Below, piece by piece: positions 1 through 13,128 of a DNA stretch of 64,000 bases. Under the pieces are notes generated by a model. It saw only the letters and a program-made list of their open reading frames with translations. It was not told where the DNA came from and ran no database searches. Every line of letters starts with the position of its first letter. The stretch's first letter is position 1. A program made the translations under genes and the position numbers. This DNA comes from Malacoraja senta. Its lineage: Eukaryota. The stretch lies in contig CM075987.1 in assembly GCA_038087875.1 (NCBI GenBank), positions 18,850,001-18,914,000 on the forward strand, given 5' to 3'.

Positions 1-2751
1 AGATCCCCTCGAGGTCAGACCCGCGATGGACTGGGCAGTGTTTACATGTAGATTTACATGTATAAAGTTCCATTCACTGCCTCAACCATTCACAGCCACG
101 GCGTTGCATATTTTAGTGCAGTCATGGTGCTGTGCATTCCACCACCAATATACATAACAAAATAAACGAAGGTAGACGCAAAATTCAGAAGTAACTCAGC
201 GGGACAGGTAGCATCTCTGGAGAGAATGAATGGGGTGACGTTTCGGGTCGAAATCTTTCCTCAGACAAAATAAATGATGATGTTTATTCTCTGTTAACAA
301 CAGTTAACGTCGAGTTGGGCCGCTTCTATCTCTCGTTTCCCTCTCCCCTGACTCAGTCTGAAGAAGGGTCTCATTCATTTTCTCCAGAGATGCTGCCTGT
401 CCCGCTGAGTTACTCCAGGTTTTTTTTCTGTCTCTCATAGCCTTAAGGTTTCGGCAATAAGCAGGGAATGGTCAACAGATAAGATGCGGAGGTAGCAACG
501 AATATTTGGCATTGCCAAAAATACATGTCAATATACCCCTAATGTATGCAAATAGAAAAATGTGTCTCAAGTTCCTATCCACACATCTACCTGTTACCAA
601 ACGCCTTACGCCGCTACCCATGTTCTCCAGATATCCTGCCTGACCCACTGAGTTTATGTATTTTTTCGATCAATTTCTTAAGCTTACTGAACCATTCACG
701 GCTACCAGGGGAAGCTACACGATTACAAAGTGTAAAATACATGCGGGAATGTTTTCCAGTGTGTCGGGACTGGCTCGGGGAGCAGGTTGTGGTGGGTGTG
801 GGCGAGTCCTGTTTCGGTGCTGAACGACGTTATGTCTCTATGGCCCGATGTTCCTATGACTTTAGCATCGCATCAATTCATAGTCTTTTAGCGCGTTCGG
901 TTTAATTGCATTTGGGGTTTCAGAATAAAACATTACAGAGAAAGTGGAGTAAAATAATTACATTTGTCCCAAGTACACCATTAACGGAAATTGGCTGCAT
1001 AACACCCGGTTTAAAAGAATAACAATTAATCCACGGTGTTTCTAAAGATGTGTGGATTTCAACTAACTTCTGCAATAGTCTGTGCTTTATTTGTTAATTG
1101 CATTTCCTCGGGAAAATACTTTTCGATGCCAGTTTAGATTCCAAAGAAGATACCGTCTGAGGTCGTTGTTGAGGCCACTATGTACATTCCCTTCCCAGTT
1201 AATTAATTTTAATTTCACATTTCATAACTCGCGCATGTGTGTGTGTGTGTGTCTTTAAATTAACCAATCATTGAAATAACAGCAAAACTGAAAGTGACGG
1301 AGTTATGTGATTGAGTATTGTGCAAAGTGCAAAAGGTATTCAGCGGGTCAGACAGCATCACGGGAGAACACGGATGGGTGACGATTCTGGACGAGACCCT
1401 TCTTCAGGGACAGGGCTGTTGTCAGGGGACAGAGACTATCTCTGGCCGTGGAGGGGGCGATTTGAGGGTCCACTGCTTAGGAAACCTCATCACCCCCCCC
1501 CCCCCCCCGCCCCGCCCCCGCCCCGGATTTAGCAAGCATCAACTATGACCACCTGCGTTATCCAGAGAGAATGATTACAGTTTAAACTCTCTGGGGTGGA
1601 ATAAATCGATTAGAACACGGCTTTACCTGGCTGACTTTGAATGTCACGTTTGAGCCCTGCAAATCCACCCGCGGACACACAGTATCGGAGCGCAGGCTGG
1701 GTGCAGCTTGCGAGGGATCCGGTGAGCGCTCTCCTGAAACACGAGACAGTCTTAATCCCAAAGACCAGGCACCGGGGTAATGAATGGAGGTTGGGGTCCC
1801 TGCACGAAAAGTATCGTTTAATCTGAACAATTCGATGCTTTTCACTGAACAAGTTTCGTTGTTCCTCAACTCACTCATTAAAAACGCAAGTTGCTGGGGG
1901 GGGGGGGGGGGGCAGTCAGCGGGTCGGGCGCTGGGGGGGGGGGGGAGTCAGCGGGTCGGGCCGCTTGTTAACAGGTACTGCCTGACCCGCTGCATTCCTC
2001 CAACACTTTGCGATTTACTCAAGATTGCAGCATGTGCAGTTCATTGGGTCTCGTCCAATTCTCTGTTGCCCAAGTCGGCCACTAAATAATTCTATACTTT
2101 ATACAAAATATATGTGTATGAAATAAACATTTGTCGGATAAATGGATAGGGAGTGTTTAGAGGGGCAAAGTCCAAATGCAAGCAAATGGGACTAGCCCAA
2201 TATGCTTACTTGTTCGGTATGGACAAGGAGGGCTGAAGGGCCTGTTTCGTTGCTGTACAGCTCTATATCTCTTTAACATAAATGTCTTCGCTCTGGCTAC
2301 TACGCTCACTGCTCAACTTGCCATCAACCATTGCTCCTTCTTCCCACCGCGCTAATATCTCCAACATCTCCCGTGGAACAGCAGGCGGGGGTGAGTACTG
2401 GGCAGGGCAGGCAGCGCGGTGGAGGCACGGTTCATGTTGTTTGGGTGAGCTTCGCCGGAACTGGTGAAAACGTTGTTTCTGTCTCCTCCGACGCTGCTGA
2501 ACATTTTCTGCCTTACCCGAGTTGCCCAGCTTCTCCAGTGTCTTGCCTTTCAACCTCTCCTTCATCTTGTTTAAAGCATCAACTCTCCCTCTGATTCCTT
2601 TATATTTTCACAGCCGAATCAAATATCAGCTGCCACTCAGACCACATGATCTCTTAAAGTAGAGGTACAGTACACTCAGACGCAAACTCGAAACAACACT
2701 CCAAGACTGTCAGAAAAATTCATCGAAGTTAAGGTTTGTTTATTTCCTGTT

Positions 2752-2945
2752 CACCCACCTTTCCCCCTCCCCCCTTCTCCTTCCCGTCCCCCTTCCCGTC
2801 CCCCTTCCCCCTCCCCTCTTCACCCTCCCCCCTCCCTCCCTCCCTCCTTTCCCCCTCCCACCTCCCCCACCCCCACCTCCCCTTCCCACCTCCCCATCCC
2901 ATCCCCACCACTCCACCCCCCCCCAGTCCAGTCCACCCCACCCAG
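2752..2945. repeat. C-rich polypyrimidine low-complexity tract
   Basis: Many CCC/CCCC runs; G-rich on the minus strand. Confidence 0.9.
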
Positions 2946-3489
2946 TGCCCCGGTTTTCACGCACAGCCCGAAGACGTGCCGGTTTGTAGGCTAATTGGCC
3001 GCTTTAAATTGCTCGGTTGACACTCGGGTGAACTACGTGGGCCTACGTGGGCTCTACATTAAAACTAAACAAACATTTGCACTACAAACATTTCTACACG
3101 ACCAGCCTCAACAACCACTATGGATTGTGGACACCGTGGATAGGCGACGTTCCTTGTCCCCTGTCCATGTTCTCCACAGATGCTGCCTGACCCTCTCAGT
3201 TGCCCCAGCACTTTGTGTCTTTTGATGTGAACCTGCATCTGTAATTCCTTGCTTCTACTATATGTTGTGACGTCAGCTTTATTTAGGAATCCTTGGACTT
3301 CACGTACAAGAGTAAAGTTTGGGAGGGTGACCAAGAAAATGTTGGTCATGCAAAGAATCTTTCAACCCATTGCACCCAGTGTTTAAAATAGCTCTTTCAA
3401 ATTTGCACCACTGAGTGCACTGATTTGCACAGACGATTGGGTAGACACAAAAATTGTGTAGGAGTTATTGCACGTTTTATGTTTTCAGG

Positions 3490-3835
3490 TCATGTGAGGT
3501 CATAATGATTGAGTAGAATTAGGCCATTCGACCCATCAAGTCTACTCCGCCATTCAATCACGGCTGATCTAAATCTCCTTCCTAACCCCATTCTCCTGCC
3601 TTCTCCCCATAACACCTGCACCGTACTAATCACAAATATATATATATCTGCCTTAAAAATATCCACTGACTTGGCCTCTACAGTTTCTGTTGCAAAGAAT
3701 TCCACAGATTCACAACCCTCTGTCTAAATAAATCTATCCTCATCTCCTTCCTAAAAGAGCATCCTTTAATTCAAATGACCTTTAGTCGTGGATCCTCCCA
3801 CTGGTGGAAACATCCTCTGTACATCCACACTATCG
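3490..3835 (-). mobile_element. CR1 3' end fragment
   Basis: ETVEAKSVDIFKADI coding remnant and a ggccattcgacccatc tail. Similar tails occur at ~5700-6050, 17450-17735, 21860-22100, 22515-22660, 28075-28530, 32325-32480 and 52215-52445. Confidence 0.75.
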
Positions 3836-4313
3836 AAATGATTTTATATATATTTTATTATAATTATTTTTTAAAGTAAAAAAAAGAATATAGAAGGCGA
3901 CATGGTAGCGGGTAGAGCTGCTGTTTCAAAGCTCCGGCCACTTCGGTTGTAACTTGATCTTTAGTGCTGTCTGTATGGATCTTGCACATCATCCCAATAC
4001 TATGTGGGTTTCCCCTGAGTGTTCGGTTTCCTCTCACATCCCAAAGGACCGCTGGTGGGTTAAATGTCGGCTCTTCAGACTGATTGGAATAGGTGGGTTC
4101 AGATTGATTTGGAGTAGGTGGGTGGAGCGGGCGGGGGGAGGGTGGATGGAGGGATCTGGAAAAGAGAGGTGGGGGCAGGACAAAGCCTGGCAAATGATAG
4201 GTGGATAGATACAAATGCTGGAGTAACTCAGCGGGTCAGGTCGTATCTCTGGAGAAAAAGGATGGTTGATGTTTCGGGTAGTCATTGTATCACTATCCCT
4301 TCTTTGACCTACT

Positions 4314-4513
4314 NNNNNNNNNNNNNNNNNNNNNNNNNNNNNNNNNNNNNNNNNNNNNNNNNNNNNNNNNNNNNNNNNNNNNNNNNNNNNNNNNNNNNNN
4401 NNNNNNNNNNNNNNNNNNNNNNNNNNNNNNNNNNNNNNNNNNNNNNNNNNNNNNNNNNNNNNNNNNNNNNNNNNNNNNNNNNNNNNNNNNNNNNNNNNNN
4501 NNNNNNNNNNNNN
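4314..4513. other. Assembly gap (200 N)
   Basis: Run of N flanked by repeat fragments on both sides. Confidence 1.
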
Positions 4514-4982
4514 AGCGAGTATAAGCCAAGTCTATCCAGTCTTTCTTCATATGAAAAGTCCTGACATCCCAGGAATCAGTCTGGTGAACTTCTCTGCACA
4601 TGATGTGCAATGGCATTGATCCCATTGACTTGGCATCCCTTCCACAGTCAACATACAATCTTAGATATGTACACACATCATAAGGTCTAAGACTGTAGAA
4701 TGATTAGATCAGGTAGCTGCACAGAAAAATATTCGCCCGAGACAAAATGTGGGGCTGATAAATGAAGATATTTGCTGATTGATCCAATGGGGAATTGAGG
4801 AAGAATGTCTTTGCTCAGACACAGTAGAACTTACTACCAAAGGAAGTAGTTGAGAGAAACAGGATGGATATAATTACAGGGAAGCTAAATAAACAAAATA
4901 CGAGAGAAGGATTAACAGGTTCCATGGATGAGATTACATAGAGAAGTGCCCAAGTTAAATAAATGGAGCATAAAGTTACAAG

Positions 4983-5270
4983 GTAGACAAAAGTGCTGGA
5001 GAAACTCAGCGGGTGCAGCAGCATCTATGGAGCGAAGGAAATAGGCAACGTTTCGGGCCGAAACCATTCTTTCAGACTGATGTAGGGTGGGAAGAAGAAA
5101 GGAAAAAGGAAGAGGAGGAGCCAGAGGGCTGAGGGAGAGCTATGAAGGGGAGGAGACAGCAAGGGCTACCGGAAATTGGAGGTCAATTTTCATGCCGCTA
5201 GGGTGCAAACTGCCCAAGTTTGAGGTGCTGCTCCTCCAATTTCTGGTGGTGCTCACTCTGGCCACGGAGG
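4983..5270 (-). mobile_element. Penelope-like retroelement 3' fragment
   Basis: The remnant peptide QSEHHQKLEEQHLKLG..SGMKID resembles the C-terminus of Penelope GIY-YIG ORFs. It is followed by a pyrimidine-rich UTR and a CTGA..GA/GAAACGT motif. Confidence 0.6.
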
Positions 5271-8200
5271 ACTGCATTGCAGGATCTCCATTGCATAAAG
5301 TTACAAAACAGCTGGCCTATTTCTGTACCTCCGAATGCTTTGTAACTTCTTGATCTCCAAGCATCCCCTGCACATAGCAAGATAAAGTCATAACCCGTGA
5401 TCCCAATACAAGCCACTTGCCTGATCGAAACAGCAAGCCATGATTCAATGCAGTGCAGAGGCAGTGTCTTGGAATTGCAATGCCCATTTAGTACCGACAG
5501 CACCAAGGGCAACATGAGCATGTGATCCTGTCTCAGTCAGTCCCTCCCTCCCTTGGTGCGCCACCATTCTGGACACAGCCTCCTGCTTGGATCTACTTTT
5601 ACCAGAGAAAAAGGGGCGAAGGTGCTGACATCACGACACTGGGCTGGTTGTGTTAAATTAATAGGTCTGCACTTCTATATCCTGAGCACCTTTGCCCACT
5701 TAGAACATAGAACAGTATCGCACAGGAACAGGCCCTTTGGCCCACAATGCCCGAGCCAAACATAATGCTGTTAAATTAATCTCCTCTGCCTGCACTTGAT
5801 CCATATCCCTCCGTTCCCTGCATATCCATGTGTCTATTAAAGCCTCCTAATTCCCTCTCACATCTGTCTCTACCACCACCCCTGGCAGCACATTCCAAGC
5901 ACCCACCACTCCCTGCACATATCCTTTAAACTTTGTCCTGCTCACTTTAAGCAATACCCTCTAGTCTTTGACACTTCCACCCTGGGACAAATATCCTGAC
6001 TGTCCACCCTTACTATGCCTTCATAATTTTATATATTTCTATCAGGACTCAACACACTGCTCCACTGGTCCACCCCAGTACTTGCAAGGGTGAAGACTAT
6101 GTTGGAGTAATTGAACCATTTAATTGCACTACAGCTGTGAAAAAAGTTGTGATGGCAGCATATTCTTCAGTGTCCTGTTATATCTTCAGTAACTGAGGGC
6201 AGAGTAATAATTCAAATCCAACCAATACTGCAACGTGGTGGTTTTCATAACTGGTCATATTGCAGCTTTATTTCACAGACGTTCACAGAGGCAGGTAGTC
6301 TCGAAATAGAGCCTTTGGAAACCAAATCTGTGCCAACCATTAAGCACTTATTTACACTAAATCCTACGCTAATCCCACTTCATTCTCTCCTTGTTCCCAT
6401 TAACTCTCATCAGATTCTATTACTTACTTACCTAATAGGGGAAATTTACAGTGGCCAATTATGCTTCCAACCAATTTCCTGAATGATTTTATGCATTTCT
6501 TCTTGAAAATAATCAGATTTGATCAATGCTAAACGGGAACATGAGAAATAGGAGAAGACCTATTGACCTCCAATGCTTGCCCAACCATTGTATAAATAAT
6601 GCTCGATATTTTGTTCCAGCACTACTTTCATCGAACTTAGAACAGTACAGTACAGGAGCAGACCCTTCAGCCCATCACGTCTGTGCCGATCATGGTTATT
6701 GTTTATAAATATAACATCTTCATCCAATCTGCACAGGTGGTCGTCCTCTGTTAAATTTACTGAGCCATCTTGTAGACACCAGAAATAAGCACCAAGCTGT
6801 TGGGATCTTAAGGCGAATAATGTCAGTTGAAGAAAAGAAGGGATGAAAACAAGCAAAGTGATTTCTTTGAAGTAAACTCCCAAGCACGGCAGAATGCTGA
6901 ATTAATTAATTTATTTTCACACTCTCTGCCTGTGTTGAAATAGTTTCCTTCACAGAAGTACAGTTTTTTAACTTACTTTCTTCCCATTTCATTTCATTTT
7001 CTTTTCTCATTTTCCTCTTTTTATACTGTTGCTATGGTTGGAGGTCCAACCTTAAATTAATATCACCTGTTTTCCTGCTTTCTAAACAAAAACGATTCAT
7101 GTGAACACTCGTTCAGTTAGGAAAGACCCATGTTAATCCGTGTCATTTTGAGATTTGGTTGATTATCAAGTGAAAACAGTCTTTGGGACAGAAGGGAATC
7201 AGTTTTGAGAATGACATGGGGTCTGGGATGTAGAATCTCCCAAAATTAATTAAAATAAAACAAAGTCATTTTAAAAGCATAATTTGGTAAACAGAACATA
7301 GAAACAAGGAACAACAGATTCTGGCTTACAAAAAAAAAAGCACAAAGTGCTGGAGTAACTCAGCAGGTCAGGCAGCATCTCTGGAGAACATGGATAGATG
7401 ATGTTTCAAGTCGGCACCCTGACCCAAAACGTCACCTATCTCGTTGCCTATCCATTTCTCTCCATAGAAGCTGCCTGACCCTGCTGTGTTACTCCAGCAT
7501 TTTGTGTATGTTTATCTTTTATAGAACATAGAACTTTCCTGCAATAACCCAAAGGGCTTGATTCCTTTATCATCAATATCTATTGATGGATTACATTTGG
7601 GTATATTACACTTGGTCTCCTTATCCAAATCATTGATATAGTTTGTGACTGCTGGGCTCCATCACCAATCCCTTGGTAGCTTATAGTCGCTACCACCAAA
7701 CCTGGAAATAACCTATTCCAACTCGGTATTCGTTACTGTTTTATGTTCTGGGCTCACTTTGTAATGTTAAACAATTACTCTATAGATTTTGAGTCATACA
7801 GCACGGACACAGGACCTTCAGAGACATTTCCCTCAATCAATCTTAACAATCTTTCTTCGTCTCCTTCCCAGCTCTGAGGTAGAGTTTATAGTTTGAGAGA
7901 GAGAGCACGGAAATAGTTCCTTCGGCCCACTGAGTCCACGCCCACCATCAATCACCCATTCACACTAGTTCTGTGTTATTCCACTTTCACGTCTATACAT
8001 TCGGGGCAATTATACAGAGGGCCAATGAACCTCCAAACCTGCAGGTCTTTGCAATGAGGAAGGAAACCCATACAGTTGTAGAAGAATGTGTAAACTCCAC
8101 ACAGACGGTACCCGAGGCTAGGATTGAACCCTAGTCTCTGTTGCTGTTGCTCAACCAGCTGTGCCACTGTGCCGCCCAACTCTTCAAACTTAAACATTAT

Positions 8201-8543
8201 CTCTGTTCAAAACACAACATGCTAGTAGAACTCAGTATGTCGGTCAGCATCTGCGAAGGACTTGACCCACCGATTCCTGCATTTGCAGTTTCTTGTATCT
8301 ATATTATCTGTTTCCCTCCCCACGGATGTGACCTGACCTGATAAGTATTTCTTGCATTTTCTATTTTTACATTTCCAGCAACTGCACTTTAAAAAAAAAT
8401 TGAGTCGACTGGTTGGTTAAAAAGCATAGAACAGATATTTTATATTCAGTCCTAATCAATGACCTGTGTTACTGAGACACAAGGAACAGCGGATGCTGGA
8501 ATCTTGAGTAAAACACAAAGTGTTGGAGGTACTCAGCGGGTCA

Positions 8544-8870
<327 letters not shown>

Positions 8871-8879
8871 TCATCTAAC

Positions 8880-9625
8880 CAACTAAACGGGAACAGGCAG
8901 GCTTCCTGCAGTTGGTCAATGACCAACTCTCAGAGTATCAATACTGTCAGTAAAAGGGGGCAGGATGAGAAAAGACCTTTCACTTGTGGGTGCCCGTGTC
9001 CCTAGTTGGGGCAATGGGACTGTGTCTATGCAAGTGCTGCTGGAAGACATCAACTTGGTGTTCTTTGGTCTGTCAGAAACCTGTTGTTCTCCCAGCGCAG
9101 CGAGATGTCTGTCAGGGAACTGTAGGAGTACATGAACTGTAGGAGTACATGGTGAGGGTCGCACTGAAGCTTGGTGCAGCCAATGCAAAGGCATTGTGGG
9201 GAGGATCATATTCTAAAGATCATTCCACTGCTGGACATGGAGGGTTAGAGTCTGGTGGGGACACCCTCAAACAATAGAAAATACATCACTCCAGGGGCAG
9301 GCACATGAGTGGTAATGGTGCAATGTGTAAAGAAAAGGGGAGGTGCCAACACTACTGGATATAACACTAGCAATATTTAATGTAGGGACACCAAGAATGT
9401 ATTAAGAATTTTGCACAGTTTTTGTTTTGTATATATTTTTCATCAGGAATAATGTTTATTATTGAAAAAGTACAGTAACGAGCATTTCTGGATATCAGAG
9501 TGTATGTGTATGGTACATAAATCCATTTGTATCCGACTCATAATTAAGTTTGTACGTGTGGTATGTGGCTGAGAGCTGGTGTATTTTTTTACATACATAT
9601 ATCTTGTATATATTGTGTCTAGATA
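8880..9625 (+). mobile_element. Possible L1/Tx1-like LINE 3' remnant in LHX3 intron 3
   Basis: gtaggagtacatggtgagggtcgcactgaagcttggtgcagccaatgcaaaggcattgtgggg followed by a TG/TA-rich tail. Family assignment is by recognition only. Confidence 0.4.
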
Positions 9626-10339
9626 TCAGCATTCACGTGGGCTTGTAGATTCAACACTAGACAAAAGGGACATTTTTGGGCCTTGTGTGTGAGACAGTGT
9701 CTTGTCCAAAAGAACGATAAACAAACCAATGCTGTGAGAGCCACAAGGGACTGGAGTTGCTGGAATCTCCGACAAACACAAAGTGCTGGAAGAACTCAGT
9801 GGGTCAGGCAGCATCTGTGGGGGTAAATGGACAAGCAACGTTTCAGATGATTTCAGTCTGAAGAGGAGTCCCAACCCGGGACATCATCTGTCCGTTCTCT
9901 CCATAGATGCTGCCTGACAAGCTGAGTTCCTCCAGCACTTTGTTTTGCTCAATGATGTGCGCATACAGACCTGGCCACGGAAAATGCCGGAAGCACTGAA
10001 AGAGTCTGGGACCTGAAACATTAACTCCATTGAAGCTGCCTGACCTGAAACAAAGCGTGTCACCAAAGCGTGGCAGGATTTTTAAATTTGAGGATAAAAA
10101 GACTAATTGTCAAAATATGGTCAGATTCTTGTGTTTGCTTTCCTGACCGTCACATCAACAGCGGGTATCAATTGATTTCTTCCATTGAATGAGTCATTTC
10201 TGGCAAATAGAAACATGATTTGACAGCGACCTGATAGTTGCCGCAAGATGTTAAATGTTTAAGTGCTGCTCCAGTGTTTGGAAGTGACGCACGGATGTGA
10301 TGGTGCTGTGTGTTTATACATCTGTCTGGTATCACTGAC

Positions 10340-10542
10340 CTCTTTGCTTGGCTGCCTCGTAGTCCCCCTTACAGACCAGCCTGCTGTCCTCCATGAGGTA
10401 GAACTCATCGCCCGTGGCCAGTTGCCGCTTGCATACGATGCAGGCGAAGCACTGCAGGTGATAGACAAAGTCCTGAGCCCTGCGGACAACCTGAGTGGGC
10501 GGGATCCCCTGCTGACATGCCGCACATTTGGTCCCGAACCGC
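10340..10542 (-). CDS. lhx3: LHX3 exon 3, LIM domain 2 ([67 protein letters not shown])
   Basis: Translated by hand; this frame is not in the ORF track. Acceptor ctgcag|G (phase 2), donor AGAG|gtcagt (phase 1), 203 bp. Confidence 0.97.
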
Positions 10543-10647
10543 CTGCAGATGTCAACACAAGAGGAAGCGGTGTCAGTGCAATAAGTGGTTTAGGTTTCGG
10601 ATCATTATTGTCACAATGTACCGAGATACAGGGAAAAGCTTTTGTCT

Positions 10648-10958
10648 AGCTTAGTTTAGAGATACAGCGTGGAAACTCCCTTCGGCCCATCAAGTCCACA
10701 CCGACCAGCAGCAATCCTCGCACATTAAGACTATCCTACACACACTAGGGATAATTTACCCATACACCAAGCCAATTAACCTACATACCTGTACGTCTCT
10801 GGAGTGTGGGAGGAAACCGAAGATTTCAGAGAAAACCCATGCGGTCACGGGGAGAACATACAAACTCCGTACAGACAGCACCCATAGTCGGGATTGAACC
10901 TGTGTCTCCAGCGCTGCTAGCACTGTAAGTCAGCAACCCTACCATTGCTCCACCGTGG
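10648..10958 (-). mobile_element. tRNA-headed SINE (HE1/V-SINE-like)
   Basis: tRNA-like head (cacggtggagcaatggtag...ggttcaatccc), V-domain-like core (gagtttgtatgttctccccgtgacc) and a taaac tail. Confidence 0.75.
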
Positions 10959-11257
10959 CGTTTGCATGTTGTCTGATGAAATCAGATAATGACTGGACAG
11001 TGCATGGGTACAATCAAGCCAAACTCAAGTATAAGGGGTAGAACGATGAGAAAAATAACAGAATGCAGAATCATTTTTTCTGCTGTGTAGCATAACAGTT
11101 CCAGAGAAAAAGTCCAATCCCCACATGAGGTAGGTTGGAAGGTCGGGACTGCACCCTAGCTTATGGGAGGACCGTTCATCAGTCTGATGACTAGAGGGGG
11201 AGCTGCTGTTACTGAGTCTGGTAGTATGTGCATTCAAGATTTTGTCTCTTCTGCCGG

Positions 11258-11972
11258 ATGGGAGCAGGGAGCAGGGAGCAGGGTGCAGGGAGATGAGAGC
11301 AGGGAGATGGGAGCAGGGAGCAGGGAGATGAGAGCAGGGAGCAGGGAGCAGGGAGCAGGGTGCAGGGAGCAGGGAGATGAGAGCAGGGAGCAGGGAGCAG
11401 GGAGATGGGAGCAGGGAGCAGGGAGATGAGAGCAGGGAGATGAGAGCAGGGAGATGGGAGCAGGGAGATGGGAGCAGGGAGATGAGAGCAGGGAGCAGGG
11501 AGCAGGGAGATGGGAGCAGGGAGATGGGAGCAGGGAGATGGGAGCAGGGAGATGGGAGCAGGGAGATGAGAGCAGGGAGCAAGGAGATGGGTTCAGGGAG
11601 CAGGGAGATGAGAGCAGGGAGCAGGGAGATGGGAGCAGGGAGCAGGGAGATGGGAGCAGGGAGCAGGGAGATGGGAGAAGGGAGCAGGGAGATGGGAGAT
11701 GTTGATGGGAGTGGGGAGCAGGGAGCAGGGAGCAGGGACCAGAGAGCAGAGAGCAGGGAGCAGGGAGCAGGGAGATGGGAGATGGGAGATGGGAGCAGGG
11801 AGCAGGGAGCAGGGAGATGGGAGCAGGGAGCAGGGAGATGGGAGATGTTGATGGGAGCAGGGAGCAGGGAGCAGGGAGCAGAGAGCAGGGAGCAGGGAGC
11901 AGGGAGATGGGAGCAGGGAGATGGGAGATGTTGATGGGAGCAGGGAGCAGGGAGCAGGGAGCAGAGAGCAGG
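11258..11972 (+). repeat. G-rich 7-bp minisatellite (GGGAGCA / GGGAGAT variants)
   Basis: About 100 tandem heptamers visible directly. Confidence 0.97.
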
Positions 11973-12847
11973 GTGAGAAAGGACCTTTATTATGTTGCGT
12001 GCTTTGAAAGGGCCTCTTTCTCAGATCTGTGCCGGTGAAAATTACCACGACACAACATACAGATCCCAATCTTGTTCTCTGATCAATAAAGATTTACTAG
12101 TTAAAGAGGTACTGATTAATTATCAAGAGATGCACCTCCACACATATTGTTCGTGGTTTGCCAAACCCATACAAATCCCATTCTCTCAAAAGTGCATAAA
12201 TAAAGATCCATTCTTTCCCTGAAAATTTGCACATTGCACATCGTAAGAAATTCTGCATTTGAATCACAGAGACTGTTGATAGATATATAGTGGTTGTATA
12301 CCGGTAAATGGTTAGATAAAGATCATATCCAATGGTATTACAACTTTGACTCAGCTTCAAAATTACTGACCTAACTATTAAACTCTTTTGCTACCCAAAA
12401 ATTGTTAACAGGTGCTGTATGAATGGGAGTAATTTGGGTATAAATATAAGCCAGAGCTAATAAATAAATCAGCAATAAACTCAAGATATTTCACACAAAA
12501 CAGTTATCCTCGTGACAGCGAATATTTTTAGAAAACAATTGCAGTATAAAGTATATATCTATTTACATTTACAGTATATACTTTTTATGATTAGGAACAT
12601 AGATATAGTATTCAACAATTAATATCCAGATGAATACATAGATAGCATCTAGATAGAAAATGGACATTGAAAAATGTTGGGATTGGGATTCATAATCTTC
12701 GATGTCTCAGAGGTGTGTTGCAGTCAGCGAGGCACTGAATGAAATGTGCTCACTGTATGGAGCAGTGAACCAGGCAGCCAATTTACACACTGTGTGTTCA
12801 TGGTGTGTAAATTGGCCATCTGATAGTTCACTTCAGGAGAGCTGAAT

Positions 12848-13128
12848 GTTTAGTTTAGTTTAGACATACAGCATGGAAACAGGCCCTTTGGCCCACTGAG
12901 TCCATGCCGACCAGCAATCACCCTGTTCACTAGTTCTATCCTACATTCTTGGGACAATTTACAGAAGCCAATTAATCTACAAACCTGCGCATCTTGGGAA
13001 TGTGGGTGGAAACCAAAGCCCCACATGGTCACAGGGAGAACGTGCAAACGCCCTGCAGACAGCACCCCTAGTCAGGATCAAACCCGGGTCTGGGGTATAA
13101 GGCAGCATCTCTACTGCTGCACCACTGT
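12848..13128 (-). mobile_element. tRNA-headed SINE (HE1/V-SINE-like)
   Basis: Same head, core and tail as the other copies. Confidence 0.75.

Noticed and set aside
172..430. Recurrent short repeat as a possible CRISPR-like array
   Set aside because: The copies are dispersed, degenerate and in both orientations in a vertebrate genome, with no repeat-spacer periodicity.
1893..1962. Tandem G-run + agtcagcgggtcgggc duplication with G4 potential
   Set aside because: It is a small slippage duplication inside a repeat fragment, and homopolymer lengths are unreliable.
10452..10454. YHLQCF in LIM2 where mammals have YHLHCF
   Set aside because: The substituted His is not a zinc ligand in the H-x2-C pattern, and all ligands are intact.
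10259..10649. ORF-track ORFs overlapping exon 3
   Set aside because: They are alternate-frame and antisense shadows of the true LIM2 exon.
11025..12069. Long ORFs with GSREQG / LLPAPCS repeats
   Set aside because: They are translations of the 7-bp minisatellite, open in several frames on both strands, with no exon context.
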